From NCBI GenBank assembly GCA_963705305.1, contig OY970067.1, positions 5,056,001-5,120,000 on the forward strand: a stretch of 64,000 bases of DNA, in the 5' to 3' direction. The translations under genes were made by a program, and so were the position numbers. Below, in pieces: positions 20,327 through 31,672 of this stretch. Each line of letters starts with the position of its first letter. The first letter of the stretch is position 1. The DNA is from an uncultured Methylomirabilota bacterium. Its GTDB lineage: Bacteria; Methylomirabilota; Methylomirabilia; Methylomirabilales; 2-02-FULL-66-22. Below the pieces are notes generated by a model, which ran no database searches, was not told the DNA's origin, and saw nothing but the letters and a program-made list of their open reading frames with translations.

Positions 20327-21285
20327 GGATGAAGATCCGGCCGGCAGGTGGTGCAGGGGGTGAGGCCCGCCGCCTCCGCGTGTCCGCGGGACGCGAAGCG
20401 GGCGAGGGGGACGGATCGGCGCCCGGCGAGCGAGGGGCACGTCGGCAGGCAATATTCCCGGTCTCCCGGCACGAGGACGTACATCGCCTCGGAAACGATG
20501 CCAAGCCCGCCGCCGTGCCCGGTGGTGGGGACGCCCTCCATGGCCAGCAGCCGGCGCTTCAGGTCCACCTTGTGGCCGGCGTACCCGGTCAGGGCGCCGG
20601 AGCTTCCGATCACCCGGTGGCACGGGATCACGATCGGCAGGGGGTTCCAGCGAAGCGCCTGGGCCACGGCCCGCACGGCCGATGCTCGGCCGATTTCCTG
20701 GGCGATCCCGGCGTAGGATATCACGGCCCCGTACGGGAGGGCGGCCGTGGCCTGCAGGACCCGCCGGTGAAAGTCGCTCCGCACCAGGCGCAGGTCCAGC
20801 GACCAGTCCAGGTGCCGACGCCGGCCGTGCAGGTACTCCAGCAGATCCCGCTGGAGGGTCTCCAGCTCCCCGCCCCCTTCGACCATCTCCACGCCGGGCT
20901 CGCGGCCGAGGCGCGAGGAGCGCACACCCGCCCCCCGCTCGAGATACTCCACCAGCGCAATCCCCGTCTCCGACTGGGCGATCAGGATGGGCCCCAGGGG
21001 TGACGGGAAGATGCGATAGGCCAGCAGACGGCGGCGGAGGTCCGCCAGGCGCGTATCGAGCTGCTCGCGGGTCCGAGCCAGCGTCTCTTCCGGCAGCCGC
21101 GCCTCCCGAAGCGCGGCAACCGCCCCGTCCACCGCGCGGTAGGCCTGGTATTCCCGGCGGCAGGGGCCGCAGGTCTCCAGGTGCCTCTGCACCCGCTCGA
21201 CCGCGCCCGGCGGCGCCTCGCCCATGGCCGCGGCCAGCAGCTCCTCTGCAATTCGCCCGCATCCCGCCGGCTTCTTGCCCATCAT
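20314..21285 (-). CDS. fusion: zf-HC2 anti-sigma domain + methylated-DNA-protein-cysteine methyltransferase + C-terminal Ada-type Zn domain
   Basis: HLETCGPC (HxxxCxxC); SPLG, AVRAVAQAL..NP.PIVIPCHRVI; YCLPTC...AEAAGLTPCTTCRP. Confidence 0.9.
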   Translation of the reverse strand: MMGKKPAGCGRIAEELLAAAMGEAPPGAVERVQRHLETCGPCRREYQAYRAVDGAVAALREARLPEETLARTREQLDTRLADLRRRLLAYRIFPSPLGPILIAQSETGIALVEYLERGAGVRSSRLGREPGVEMVEGGGELETLQRDLLEYLHGRRRHLDWSLDLRLVRSDFHRRVLQATAALPYGAVISYAGIAQEIGRASAVRAVAQALRWNPLPIVIPCHRVIGSSGALTGYAGHKVDLKRRLLAMEGVPTTGHGGGLGIVSEAMYVLVPGDREYCLPTCPSLAGRRSVPLARFASRGHAEAAGLTPCTTCRPDLHPISH

Positions 21286-21806
21286 TGCGACTCCTCGGGA
21301 AGCAATCCATGGCCGTCCAGGGCCTGGCGGATCTTGCGCAGCGCCTGGAACACGTGCGCCCGGGCGCTCTCGGCCGAACAGCCCAGACTCCGTCCGATCG
21401 CCTCGTACTCCTGGCCGTGGACCTTCCGCTGCACGAAGGCCAGCCGCTGCTTGAGCGGCAGGCGCCGGATGACCCCCTCGGCCAGCGCGCCCGCCTCGCG
21501 GGAGAGCAGCCGCGCCTCTGCCCCGCCATCCCCCGACTCGCGAGTGGAAACGCGCACTGCGTCGTAGGCCCGGCGCCGCCGCGTCTCCGACCGGAAGTAA
21601 TTCTTGGCCAGGTTGGTGGCGATGGAGAACAGCCAGGCCCGGACGTTGGCACCGCTGGGGAGCGACCCGTACGCCCGAAAGGCGTGCAGGAAGGTCTCCT
21701 GTGACAGATCGTCGGCGTCCCCCGCCCGGCCGATCGCCCGCCGGAGATACCGGCAGATCTCCTCGTGGTGCGCCGATACAATGACTTCAAACGTCTCCTG
21801 GCCCAT
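21282..21806 (-). CDS. ECF sigma-70 factor
   Basis: DADDLSQETF, RAWLFSIATN, LPLKQR, YEAIGRSLGCSAESARAHV; 4-nt ATGA overlap with downstream gene. Confidence 0.92.
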   Translation of the reverse strand: MGQETFEVIVSAHHEEICRYLRRAIGRAGDADDLSQETFLHAFRAYGSLPSGANVRAWLFSIATNLAKNYFRSETRRRRAYDAVRVSTRESGDGGAEARLLSREAGALAEGVIRRLPLKQRLAFVQRKVHGQEYEAIGRSLGCSAESARAHVFQALRKIRQALDGHGLLPEESQ

Positions 21807-21815
21807 TATCCTGTG

Positions 21816-21844
21816 TGACACCGGACCTGCCCCGGTGTGAAATG
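21816..21844 (-). promoter_or_regulatory. putative autoregulatory ECF promoter, near-leaderless transcript
   Basis: CATTTCACAC-N12-GGTGTCA ending 9 nt before the sigma ATG. Confidence 0.65.
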
Positions 21845-21891
21845 AGGGGATGAAAAGCGCTCTCGACGTGCCTCGCCCGCCGGCCGGAACG

Positions 21892-23091
21892 TCAGGAAAG
21901 CAGGCGTGCCGCCGCGAGGGCATAAACGATGGTATGCGAATAGACCTCCTCCATCTCGACCCACTCGTCCGGGCCGTGGGATACCTCCAGGCGGCCCGGT
22001 CCGTACGCGAATGCCGGGATTCCCCGGCGCGCGTACCAGCGGGTCTCCAGGATGCCCGGGCACATGGCGAAGGCCGGCCGCGCGCCGGTCGCCGCCTGGA
22101 TGGTCTCGGCCAGAGCTGCGGCCGCCGGGTGATCCTCCGGGACGCCGCTGGAGTCCCCCTCCTGGAGCATCTCGATCTCCAGCGCGATGCCGCGGCGCCG
22201 GCTCTCCTCCAAGACCTCGAGAAGCCGCGCCTTTTCGGTGGCGAGATCCTCCTCGGGATTGAACCGCCTTTCCACGGTGAAGGAACAGCTCTCGGGGACC
22301 ACGTTGAAATTGGTCCCCCCCTCGACCCGCCCGCCCAGCATGAGGATCGATCCGGCCGCCTCGGGCGCGATGCGGTAGCCGGTCCGGCGGGTCTCCACCT
22401 CGGCCTTAACGGCCAAAAGATCCGTCGCCACGCGCAGCATCTGCTCGAACGCGTTGACGCCCTGGTGCTGCAGCCCGACGTGGGCCGCCCGGCCTTTCAC
22501 GGTGACGCGCAGGCTGACGGCCCCCCGGTTGGCGTTCCAGATGACGCCCCCGGTGGGCTCCGGCGTGAGCATGGCGACGGCGTCCCGTCCCAGCAGCCCG
22601 AGCCGATCCAGGTGGCCCGACCCGGCCCGGCCTCCGGTCTCCTCGTCGGCCACGATGCACAGGCCGATCCGGCCCTGCAGGGGAACCCCCAGCCGCTGCA
22701 GGAGGTGGGTTGCGTACAGCATGGCGGCCAGGCCCAGCTTCATGTCGGCGGACCCCCGGCCGACCAGCCGTCCCCCTTCCAGGCGCGGCTCGAACTGGTC
22801 GCGGCGGTGGGCCGGCACCACGTCATAGTGGCCGTGGAAATAGAGCGTGCGCCGGCCTTCGCCGGCGAAGCCGAGCAGGTTGTAGCCGGGGCGCCCGGGA
22901 GAGCCGGGCGCCTCGATGATCTGATACGCCAGCCCAAGGCGACCCAGCTCCAAGCGGATCCGGTCCGCGCACTCGCGGTAGCGGTTGCCCGGCGGATTCT
23001 CGCTGGCGATGCGGATGAGGTCCTGCCCCAGCGCCAGCAGGGGCTGCTTGCAGGACTCCAGGGCCTGCCTCAGCGCGCGTTGGAGGTCCAT
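21892..23091 (-). CDS. M20 ArgE/DapE-family deacylase
   Basis: HGHYDVVP, GRGSADMK, ADEETGG, GRAAH, NVVP, HGPDE. Confidence 0.9.
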   Translation of the reverse strand: MDLQRALRQALESCKQPLLALGQDLIRIASENPPGNRYRECADRIRLELGRLGLAYQIIEAPGSPGRPGYNLLGFAGEGRRTLYFHGHYDVVPAHRRDQFEPRLEGGRLVGRGSADMKLGLAAMLYATHLLQRLGVPLQGRIGLCIVADEETGGRAGSGHLDRLGLLGRDAVAMLTPEPTGGVIWNANRGAVSLRVTVKGRAAHVGLQHQGVNAFEQMLRVATDLLAVKAEVETRRTGYRIAPEAAGSILMLGGRVEGGTNFNVVPESCSFTVERRFNPEEDLATEKARLLEVLEESRRRGIALEIEMLQEGDSSGVPEDHPAAAALAETIQAATGARPAFAMCPGILETRWYARRGIPAFAYGPGRLEVSHGPDEWVEMEEVYSHTIVYALAAARLLS

Positions 23092-23098
23092 ACTGCTG

Positions 23099-23455
23099 TC
23101 ACCTCACCCGCCGGCGGCGCGCCGGGGATTTCGTGCCCGGCGCCCCCGCCGGACTCTTTCGCCTGCGACGCCGGGTGCTGGCCCGCTTGGCGGGCCCGAC
23201 CTTCCAGGCCACCACGCCCAGCACGAACAGCAGCCCGTAGGCGGCGCGGACGAGCGTCCACGTCTCCCAGCGGAGCGAATACTGCGCCACGATCGCCACC
23301 GCCCAGACCAGGAGGAACTGCAGCGCGGCCGCCACACCCACGAACGGATGGCCGGCAACCGACCGCAGGGCCAGCCGGATCCCGACCCATCCGAGCAGTG
23401 CGACGACGAGGCTCTCGCCGAGCAGTTCCAGGAGCTGCCAGGTCACGTCTGCCAC
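23099..23455 (-). CDS. hypothetical membrane protein
   Basis: three hydrophobic segments and a basic tail (...TWQLLELLGESLVVALLGW...); start uncertain. Confidence 0.6.
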   Translation of the reverse strand: MADVTWQLLELLGESLVVALLGWVGIRLALRSVAGHPFVGVAAALQFLLVWAVAIVAQYSLRWETWTLVRAAYGLLFVLGVVAWKVGPAKRASTRRRRRKSPAGAPGTKSPARRRRVR

Positions 23456-23679
23456 CTCGTCCCTCGCTTGCCAGGGTGACGCAGTTGCTCTTATTACCCT
23501 TTCGGGTCCCCCAGGCCTGCGGGCCTTGTCTGCCCTCGACCTTCCGGGAGGAGGCGCCGCCGGGGGGAACGCCCCCTGCCGCAAGGCGGCGGGGGGCGCC
23601 GGAGTCTTTGGATGACGGCTGGTCAGGGGCTCGGGCGTTTCTCTCGAGAAGGAGCAGGACCGGTCCTGCCGGGCGCTCC

Positions 23680-24639
23680 CTACTCCTCCTCGAACACCCC
23701 CATGCGCCGGAATTTTCGGTAGCGCTCTTCCAGGAGCGTGTCGGTGGGAACCGCCAGCAGGCGCTGGAAGGCCGCGACGAGGACCTCCTTGAGGGTGGCC
23801 GCCATCTCTTGATGGTTGCGGTGGGCGCCGCCCACCGGCTCGGGCACGATGGCGTCCACCAGCCCAAGACGCTTGAGGGTGTCGGCGGTGATGCCCATGG
23901 CGGCGGCCGCTTCGGGGGCCTTGGCCGGGTCCCGCCAGAGGATGGAGGCGCATCCCTCGGGCGAGATGACCGAGTAGATGGCGTACTCCAGCATCAGCAC
24001 GGTATCCCCCACGGCGATCCCCAGCGCGCCCCCCGAGCCCCCCTCTCCTGTGATGGCGACCACCACGGGCGTGCGGAGCAACGTCATCTCGCGGAGGTTC
24101 CGGGCGATGGCCTCGGCCTGCCCCCGCTCCTCCGCGCCGATGCCGGGGTAGGCGCCGGGCGTGTCCACCAGGGTCAGGATCGGCCGGTGGAACTTTTCCG
24201 CCAGCTTCATGAGCCGCAGGGCCTTGCGGTAGCCCTCGGGGTTGGCCATGGCGAAGTTCCGGGCCAATTTTTCTTTGGTGTCTCTTCCCTTCTGCTGTCC
24301 GATCACGACCAGGGGCATGCCGTCCAGGCGGGCCGGCCCGCCGACGATGGCCCGGTCGTCCCGGAAGGCGCGGTCCCCGTGCAGCTCCAGGAAGTCGGTG
24401 AGGAGCAGCCGGATGTAATCCATGGTGTACGGCCGCTGAGGGTGCCGGGCGATCTGGGTGCGCTGCCAGGGGCTGAGGCGGGCGAAGATCTCCTGCTGAA
24501 GGCGCGAGACCTTGCGCTCCAGACGCGCGATCTCGCCGGTGAAGTCCACCTGCTCGACCTGGGCGACCTGCTTCAACTCCTGGATCTTCTGCTCCAGCTC
24601 CAGGATCGGCCGCTCGAACTCCAGCGTGTAGGTCGGCAT
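23680..24639 (-). CDS. accA: acetyl-CoA carboxylase carboxyltransferase alpha
   Basis: [43 protein letters not shown]. Confidence 0.97.
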   Translation of the reverse strand: MPTYTLEFERPILELEQKIQELKQVAQVEQVDFTGEIARLERKVSRLQQEIFARLSPWQRTQIARHPQRPYTMDYIRLLLTDFLELHGDRAFRDDRAIVGGPARLDGMPLVVIGQQKGRDTKEKLARNFAMANPEGYRKALRLMKLAEKFHRPILTLVDTPGAYPGIGAEERGQAEAIARNLREMTLLRTPVVVAITGEGGSGGALGIAVGDTVLMLEYAIYSVISPEGCASILWRDPAKAPEAAAAMGITADTLKRLGLVDAIVPEPVGGAHRNHQEMAATLKEVLVAAFQRLLAVPTDTLLEERYRKFRRMGVFEEE

Positions 24640-24660
24640 GGGCTCGTCCTCGTCGCCGGA

Positions 24661-27600
24661 TCAGCGCAGGGTGAGGCACCCCGCGCCGAACTCCGCCTCC
24701 AGCGCCTGGCGCAGGTTGTCATCGGCCGCCACCGTGAGGGTGGAAGCCGGCGCGATGGTGACCTGCCCGCCCTCGGGCAGCCGGAGGCGCACCCGGAGCG
24801 CCGCCTCGCCGGGGTGGGCCTGGAGGAGCTCCCGCAGGCGTCGGAGGCCGTCGGAGCTCGCCGCCGTCCCCGCCAGGGTGACCTCCACCAGCGGCGGGCT
24901 GCCGTTGCCCGACAGGCTCAGCGGCCGGACCTCGCTCAGCAACAGCTTCACGGTCTCTTCGGACACGTCCACCTGTCCTTTCACCAGGACGGCGGAGTCC
25001 TTGGCCAGATTGAGCATGCTGGACCGGTACACGTCCGGAAAGACCACCGCCTCCACTGACCCCACCAGGTCCTCCAGCGTGACGAAGGCCATCCGCTCCC
25101 CGCTCTTGGTGCTGATCTCCTTGACCGCGGTGACGATGCCCGCCAGCTTTACCGTGGACTTGTCCGCCAGGGACGGCAGATCCTCCGTCGAGGCCGTGGC
25201 CAGCCGGGCGATCTGCGCCCGGTGCTCGGCCAGGGGGTGGCCCGTGATGTAGAACCCCAGCGTCTCCTTCTCCGCCGCCAAAAGCTGCATGCGCTCCCAC
25301 TCCGGCAGCTCCGGCAGGGTCCCGCCCTGGGGCGCGGCTGTCTCGCCCGCCCCCAGCATGTCCAGCAGCGAGACCTGCCCGCGGGCCCGGTCCCGCTGCG
25401 TCGAGGCGGCCGCCTCCATGGCCTTGTCGACCACGGCCATGAGCTGGGACCGCCGCGCCCCCAGCGAGTCGAAGGTGCCGCACTTGATGAGGCTCTCCAC
25501 TACCCGCTTGTTGACCAGGCGCAGATCCACGCGCTGGCAGAAGTCGAAGAGATCGCGGTAGCGGCCCTGGTCCCGCCGCGACGCCAGGATGGACTGGATG
25601 GCCGCCTCTCCCACATTCTTGACCGCCACCAGACCGAAGCGGATCTTGTCCCCCACCACGGCAAAGTCGCTGCTGGACTCGTTGACGTCCGGCGGCAGCA
25701 CCTCGATCCCCATGGCCCGGCACTCTTCGATGTACTTCACGATCTTGTCCGTGTCGGCCATCTCCGAGGTGAGGAGGGCGGCCATGAACTCGACCGGGTA
25801 GTTAGCCTTGAGGTATGCGGTCTGGTAGGCGATGAAGGCGTAGGCCGCCGAGTGGGACTTGTTGAAGCCGTACCCCGCGAACTGCTCCATGAAGCCGAAG
25901 ATCCGCTCCGCCTTCTTCTCCGGTACCCCACGGGCCATCGCCCCGTCCACGAACTTCTTCCGCTGCTCGGCCATCAGCTCGGGGTTTTTCTTGCCCATGG
26001 CCCGCCGCAGGATGTCCGCCTCGCCCATGCTGAAGCCGGCCAGCTCCGAGGCGATCCGCATCACCTGCTCCTGGTAGACCATGATGCCGTACGTCTCTTT
26101 CAGGATGCTCTCCATCAGCGGGTGGTCGTAGACCACCTTAGTCCGGCCGTGCTTGCGCTCGATGAAATCCGGGATGAGCTGCATGGGGCCCGGCCGGTAG
26201 AGGGCCACCAGGGCGATGATGTCCTCGATCAGGCTGGGGCGGAGCTGGCGCAGCAGGTCCCGCATCCCCGAGGATTCGAACTGGAACACGCCGAAGGTCT
26301 TGGCCTCCCCCAGAAGCTGATAGGTGGCGGGATCGTCCTGCGGGATGGTCTCGATCTCCAGGCTGACGCCGCGGCTCTCCTTGATCAGCCGGAGGGTGTT
26401 GGCGATGACCGTCAGGGTGCGGAGCCCGAGGAAGTCCATCTTGAGGAGGCCGATCTTCTCGATGGCCCCCATGGCGTACTGGGTCGTGATTTCGCCCTTG
26501 GCCCCCTTGTACAGCGGGACGTGCTCGATCAGGGGCTCGCTGGAGATCACCACCCCGGCTGCATGGGTCGAGGCGTGGCGCGTCAGCCCCTCCAGGACCC
26601 GGGCCGTCTCTATCAGCTCCGTGATCTCGGGCCGCTTCTCCACCGCCTGGCGCAGGGGGGCCGAGTCCTTCAGCGCGTCGTCCAGGGTGATGTTCAGGGT
26701 GTTGGGCACCATCTTGGCGATCTTGTCCACATCGGCGTAGGTCATGCCCATGGCCCGGCCCACGTCCCGGATGACCGCCTTGGCGCCCAGGGTCCCGAAG
26801 GTGATGATCTGGGAGACGTTCTCCGCCCCGTACTTCCGGGTGACGTACTCGATGACCTCGTCCCGGCGCTCGTAGCAGAAATCGATGTCCATGTCCGGCA
26901 TGCTGATGCGCTCGGGATTCAGGAAGCGCTCGAACAGCAGGCCGTAGCGCAGGGGGTCGATGCTGGTGATGCCCAGACAGTAGGCCACCAGCGAGCCCGC
27001 GGCCGACCCCCGCCCGGGGCCCACGGGAATTCCCCGCGAGCGGGCGTAGCTGATGAAGTCCCAGACCACCAGGAAGTAGCCGGCGAAGCCCATCTTGGCA
27101 ATGACCGCCAGCTCGCCCTCCAGCCGCTCCAACACCGCTTTCCCCGGGCTGCTGTACCGCTTGCGCAGCCCGGCCTCGGCCAACTCCCGCAGGTAGGAGT
27201 CCAGCGTGTGCCCCTCGGGCACCGCATACCGGGGCAGCCGGAACTGCCCGAACTTCAACTCCAGGTTGCAGCGCTCGGCGATGGCGATGGTGTTCTGCAG
27301 GGCCTCCGGGACCTCGCCGAAGACCTCCTGCATTTCCGCCGGGGACTTGAAGTAGAACTGCTGGGAGCTGAACTGCCAGCGGTCCGGATCCTTGAGGGTC
27401 TTGCCGGTCTGGACGCAGAGCAGGACCTCGTGGGCCTTGTGGTCCCCGGCGTTCAGGTAGTGGACGTCGTTGGTGGCCACCACCGGGATGCCCAGCCGCT
27501 TGGCCAGGGGCAGGACGCCCCGGGTCATGGTGCGCTGGTCCTCCAGGCCGTGGTCCTGGATCTCCAGGTAGTAGTTCTCCTTCCCCACCGCGTCCATGTA

Positions 27601-28095
27601 GAAGGCGGCGATCTGGGCGGCCCTGGCCTCGTCCTTGTCCACCAGCGCGTGCCCCAGCTCGCTGTTCAGGCAGCCGGAGAGCACCACCAGTCCCTCGCCG
27701 TGCTGGGCGAACAGCTCGCGGTCGATGCGGGGCTTGTAGTAGAACCCTTCCAGGAAGCCGGCGGTGGCCAGCTTGATCAGGTTCTTGTAGCCGGTCGCGT
27801 CCCGGCACAGGAGGGTGAGGTGGTTGGCCCCCTCGTACTGGCCGTCCTGCGGCGTCCGCTCGAAGCGGCTGCCCGGAGCGATGTAGACCTCGCAGCCGAC
27901 GATGGGCTTGATCCCCTCTTTCATCGCCGCGGTGTAGAAATCGATGGCGCCGAACAGGTTCCCGTGGTCGGTCATGGCCAGGGCCGGCATCCGGTACTCT
28001 TTGGCCTTGGCGATCAGCCGATCCAGCTGGCACGCCCCGTCCAGAAGGGAGTACTGGGTGTGCAGATGCAGGTGAACGAATTCCGCACGCGACAT
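24661..28095 (-). CDS. dnaE: DNA polymerase III alpha subunit
   Basis: FVHLHLHTQYSLLDG PHP domain, GRGSAAGS, MPDMDIDF, KMDFLGL, FNKSH; no intein seen. Confidence 0.98.
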   Translation of the reverse strand: MSRAEFVHLHLHTQYSLLDGACQLDRLIAKAKEYRMPALAMTDHGNLFGAIDFYTAAMKEGIKPIVGCEVYIAPGSRFERTPQDGQYEGANHLTLLCRDATGYKNLIKLATAGFLEGFYYKPRIDRELFAQHGEGLVVLSGCLNSELGHALVDKDEARAAQIAAFYMDAVGKENYYLEIQDHGLEDQRTMTRGVLPLAKRLGIPVVATNDVHYLNAGDHKAHEVLLCVQTGKTLKDPDRWQFSSQQFYFKSPAEMQEVFGEVPEALQNTIAIAERCNLELKFGQFRLPRYAVPEGHTLDSYLRELAEAGLRKRYSSPGKAVLERLEGELAVIAKMGFAGYFLVVWDFISYARSRGIPVGPGRGSAAGSLVAYCLGITSIDPLRYGLLFERFLNPERISMPDMDIDFCYERRDEVIEYVTRKYGAENVSQIITFGTLGAKAVIRDVGRAMGMTYADVDKIAKMVPNTLNITLDDALKDSAPLRQAVEKRPEITELIETARVLEGLTRHASTHAAGVVISSEPLIEHVPLYKGAKGEITTQYAMGAIEKIGLLKMDFLGLRTLTVIANTLRLIKESRGVSLEIETIPQDDPATYQLLGEAKTFGVFQFESSGMRDLLRQLRPSLIEDIIALVALYRPGPMQLIPDFIERKHGRTKVVYDHPLMESILKETYGIMVYQEQVMRIASELAGFSMGEADILRRAMGKKNPELMAEQRKKFVDGAMARGVPEKKAERIFGFMEQFAGYGFNKSHSAAYAFIAYQTAYLKANYPVEFMAALLTSEMADTDKIVKYIEECRAMGIEVLPPDVNESSSDFAVVGDKIRFGLVAVKNVGEAAIQSILASRRDQGRYRDLFDFCQRVDLRLVNKRVVESLIKCGTFDSLGARRSQLMAVVDKAMEAAASTQRDRARGQVSLLDMLGAGETAAPQGGTLPELPEWERMQLLAAEKETLGFYITGHPLAEHRAQIARLATASTEDLPSLADKSTVKLAGIVTAVKEISTKSGERMAFVTLEDLVGSVEAVVFPDVYRSSMLNLAKDSAVLVKGQVDVSEETVKLLLSEVRPLSLSGNGSPPLVEVTLAGTAASSDGLRRLRELLQAHPGEAALRVRLRLPEGGQVTIAPASTLTVAADDNLRQALEAEFGAGCLTLR

Positions 28096-28101
28096 GACTG
28101 T

Positions 28102-28231
28102 CTAGCCCTCAGCCCTCAGCGGTCAGCCGTCAGCCCCCTGTCCTTCCGCCGTCCGTCCTCTTCCCTTCGCCCTTGGCCCTGTGCCCTCTGCCCTGTGCGT
28201 ACTGCCTACTGCCTTCTGCTTACTGCCTACC
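28102..28231. repeat. degenerate heptamer tandem repeats
   Basis: (TCAGCCC)n, (xTGCCCT)n and (ACTGCCT)n blocks between guaA and dnaE. Confidence 0.8.
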
Positions 28232-28289
28232 CTGCTCTGACCTGTCGCGAACCGCCGCACCGCAAACCGCAGCACGACGGCGCCGCCAC

Positions 28290-29822
28290 TCACTCCCACT
28301 CGATGGTGCTGGGGGGCTTGCTGCTCACGTCGTAGACGACGCGGTTGACCCCCTTCACCTCGTTGGCGATGCGGCTGCTGATGACGGCCAGCACGTCGTA
28401 GGGCAGGCGCACCCAGTCGGCCGTCATCCCGTCCTGGCTGTGCACGGCCCGCAGGGCGACGACGTGCTCGTAGGTCCGCTCGTCTCCCATGACGCCGACC
28501 GTCCGGATGGGCAGCAGGACGGCGAAGGCCTGCCAGATGTCCCGGTACAGGCCGGCCTTGCGGATCTCCTCCTCCACGATCACGTCGGCCTTCCGCAAGA
28601 GGTCCAGCCGCTCGCGGGTGATGTCGCCGATGCAGCGCACCGCCAGGCCGGGCCCGGGGAAGGGCTGGCGCCACAGGATCGTGTCGGGCAGGCCCAGCTC
28701 CCGCCCCACCTCCCGCACCTCGTCCTTGAACAGCTCGCGCAGGGGCTCCACCAGCCGGAAGCCCATCTTCTCGGGGAGACCGCCCACGTTGTGGTGCGTC
28801 TTGATGGTGACGGAGGGCCCTTTCACCGACACGCTCTCGATCACGTCGGGATACAGGGTCCCCTGCACCAGATGCCCGATTGTGCCCAGGCGGCCGGCCT
28901 CCTCCTCGAAGACGGCGATGAACTCGGCCCCGATGATCTTCCGCTTGCGCTCGGGGTCCTCCACGCGGGCCAGGCGGGCCAGGAAACGGTCGCCGGCATC
29001 CACGGCCACGAGGTTCAGCCCCAGGTGGGTCCCAAAGGTGTCCACCACCTGGGCCGCCTCGTCCATGCGCAGCAGGCCGTTGTCCACGAAGACGCAGGTC
29101 AGCCGGTCCCCGACGGCCCGGTGGGCCAGCAGGGCGGCCACCGACGAGTCCACCCCCCCGCTCAGGGCGCAGAGGGCGCGGCCGGTCCCCACCTGCTGCC
29201 GGATGCGCTCCACGCTGCTGGCCACGAACGAGCGCATGGTCCAGTCCGCGCGGCAGCCGGCGACGCGAAACAGGAAGTTGGCCAGGATGGTCTTGCCCTG
29301 CGGGGTGTGCACGACCTCGGGGTGGAACTGGACGGCGAAGAAGGGCCTCTCCCGGTGGCGGAAGGCCGCGTAGGGCGAGTTGTCGGTGTGCGCCAGCACC
29401 TGGAACACACCGGGCAGAGCGGCCACCTTGTCGCCGTGGCTCATCCACACGGGGAGCCCTCGCGGCAGATCGGCGAACAGATTCTCCGCCGAGTCCACCA
29501 CCAGATCCGCCGGCCCGTACTCCCGGCGCGCCGCTCGCAACACCTCCCCCCCGCAGAAGTCCGTCAGGACGCAGAGCCCGTAGCAGATGCCCAGGATCGG
29601 CAGCCCCAGATCCAGGATCCCCGGGTCGGGGCGGGGGGCGTTCGGCTGGTAGATGCTGGCCGGGCTCCCCGACAGGATCAGCGCCGTGGGCTGGAAGGCC
29701 CGGATGTCTGGCAGCGGCATGTCAAAGGGGTGAATCTCGGAATAGACGTGGAGCTCGCGCACTCGCCGGGCGATCAGCTGCGTGTACTGCGAGCCGAAAT
29801 CCAGGATGAGGATTTTATCCAT
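28290..29822 (-). CDS. guaA: GMP synthase (glutamine-hydrolysing)
   Basis: [51 protein letters not shown]. Confidence 0.98.
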   Translation of the reverse strand: MDKILILDFGSQYTQLIARRVRELHVYSEIHPFDMPLPDIRAFQPTALILSGSPASIYQPNAPRPDPGILDLGLPILGICYGLCVLTDFCGGEVLRAARREYGPADLVVDSAENLFADLPRGLPVWMSHGDKVAALPGVFQVLAHTDNSPYAAFRHRERPFFAVQFHPEVVHTPQGKTILANFLFRVAGCRADWTMRSFVASSVERIRQQVGTGRALCALSGGVDSSVAALLAHRAVGDRLTCVFVDNGLLRMDEAAQVVDTFGTHLGLNLVAVDAGDRFLARLARVEDPERKRKIIGAEFIAVFEEEAGRLGTIGHLVQGTLYPDVIESVSVKGPSVTIKTHHNVGGLPEKMGFRLVEPLRELFKDEVREVGRELGLPDTILWRQPFPGPGLAVRCIGDITRERLDLLRKADVIVEEEIRKAGLYRDIWQAFAVLLPIRTVGVMGDERTYEHVVALRAVHSQDGMTADWVRLPYDVLAVISSRIANEVKGVNRVVYDVSSKPPSTIEWE

Positions 29823-30136
29823 GGCCGACAACCCACTCTATTGAGCATTGCCTAGAGGATGCACTGTCCGAATGGTGGTCGGGCTGGGCCGGCGCACCCT
29901 GTCGACGCCTGGCGCCTCGTCGAAGACTGCCCGGCCTTGCTCCGGCGCCACCGGCCCTCCGGGCCGCGTCGCGCCGCGGGACGTACACCCATAAGGCCTT
30001 ATGGTTCCTGCTAGGCCGCGGCGACCGAACCCGGCCGGGCCGCGGGCGCGGCGCTCCATGATACGCCGGCCCAGCCCCAATCGGTCGATAGCATTACTTC
30101 TGCGAGATTCAATAATGCGGACGCCCCTCACGCCGG

Positions 30137-31612
<1,476 letters not shown>

Positions 31613-31672
31613 TGCCTCTCCCTCGCTCGCGGCCCCTGCGGGCCGTGTGTGCTCGGCCACCCCGTGAATCCC

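Noticed and set aside
24661..28095. Intein in dnaE
   Set aside because: Normal length and contiguous motifs; no intein signature
21850..28335. Very long + strand ORFs (1069 aa, 1037 aa) and similar antisense ORFs throughout
   Set aside because: Shadow frames of GC-rich genes (accA, dnaE and others) with no protein-like motifs
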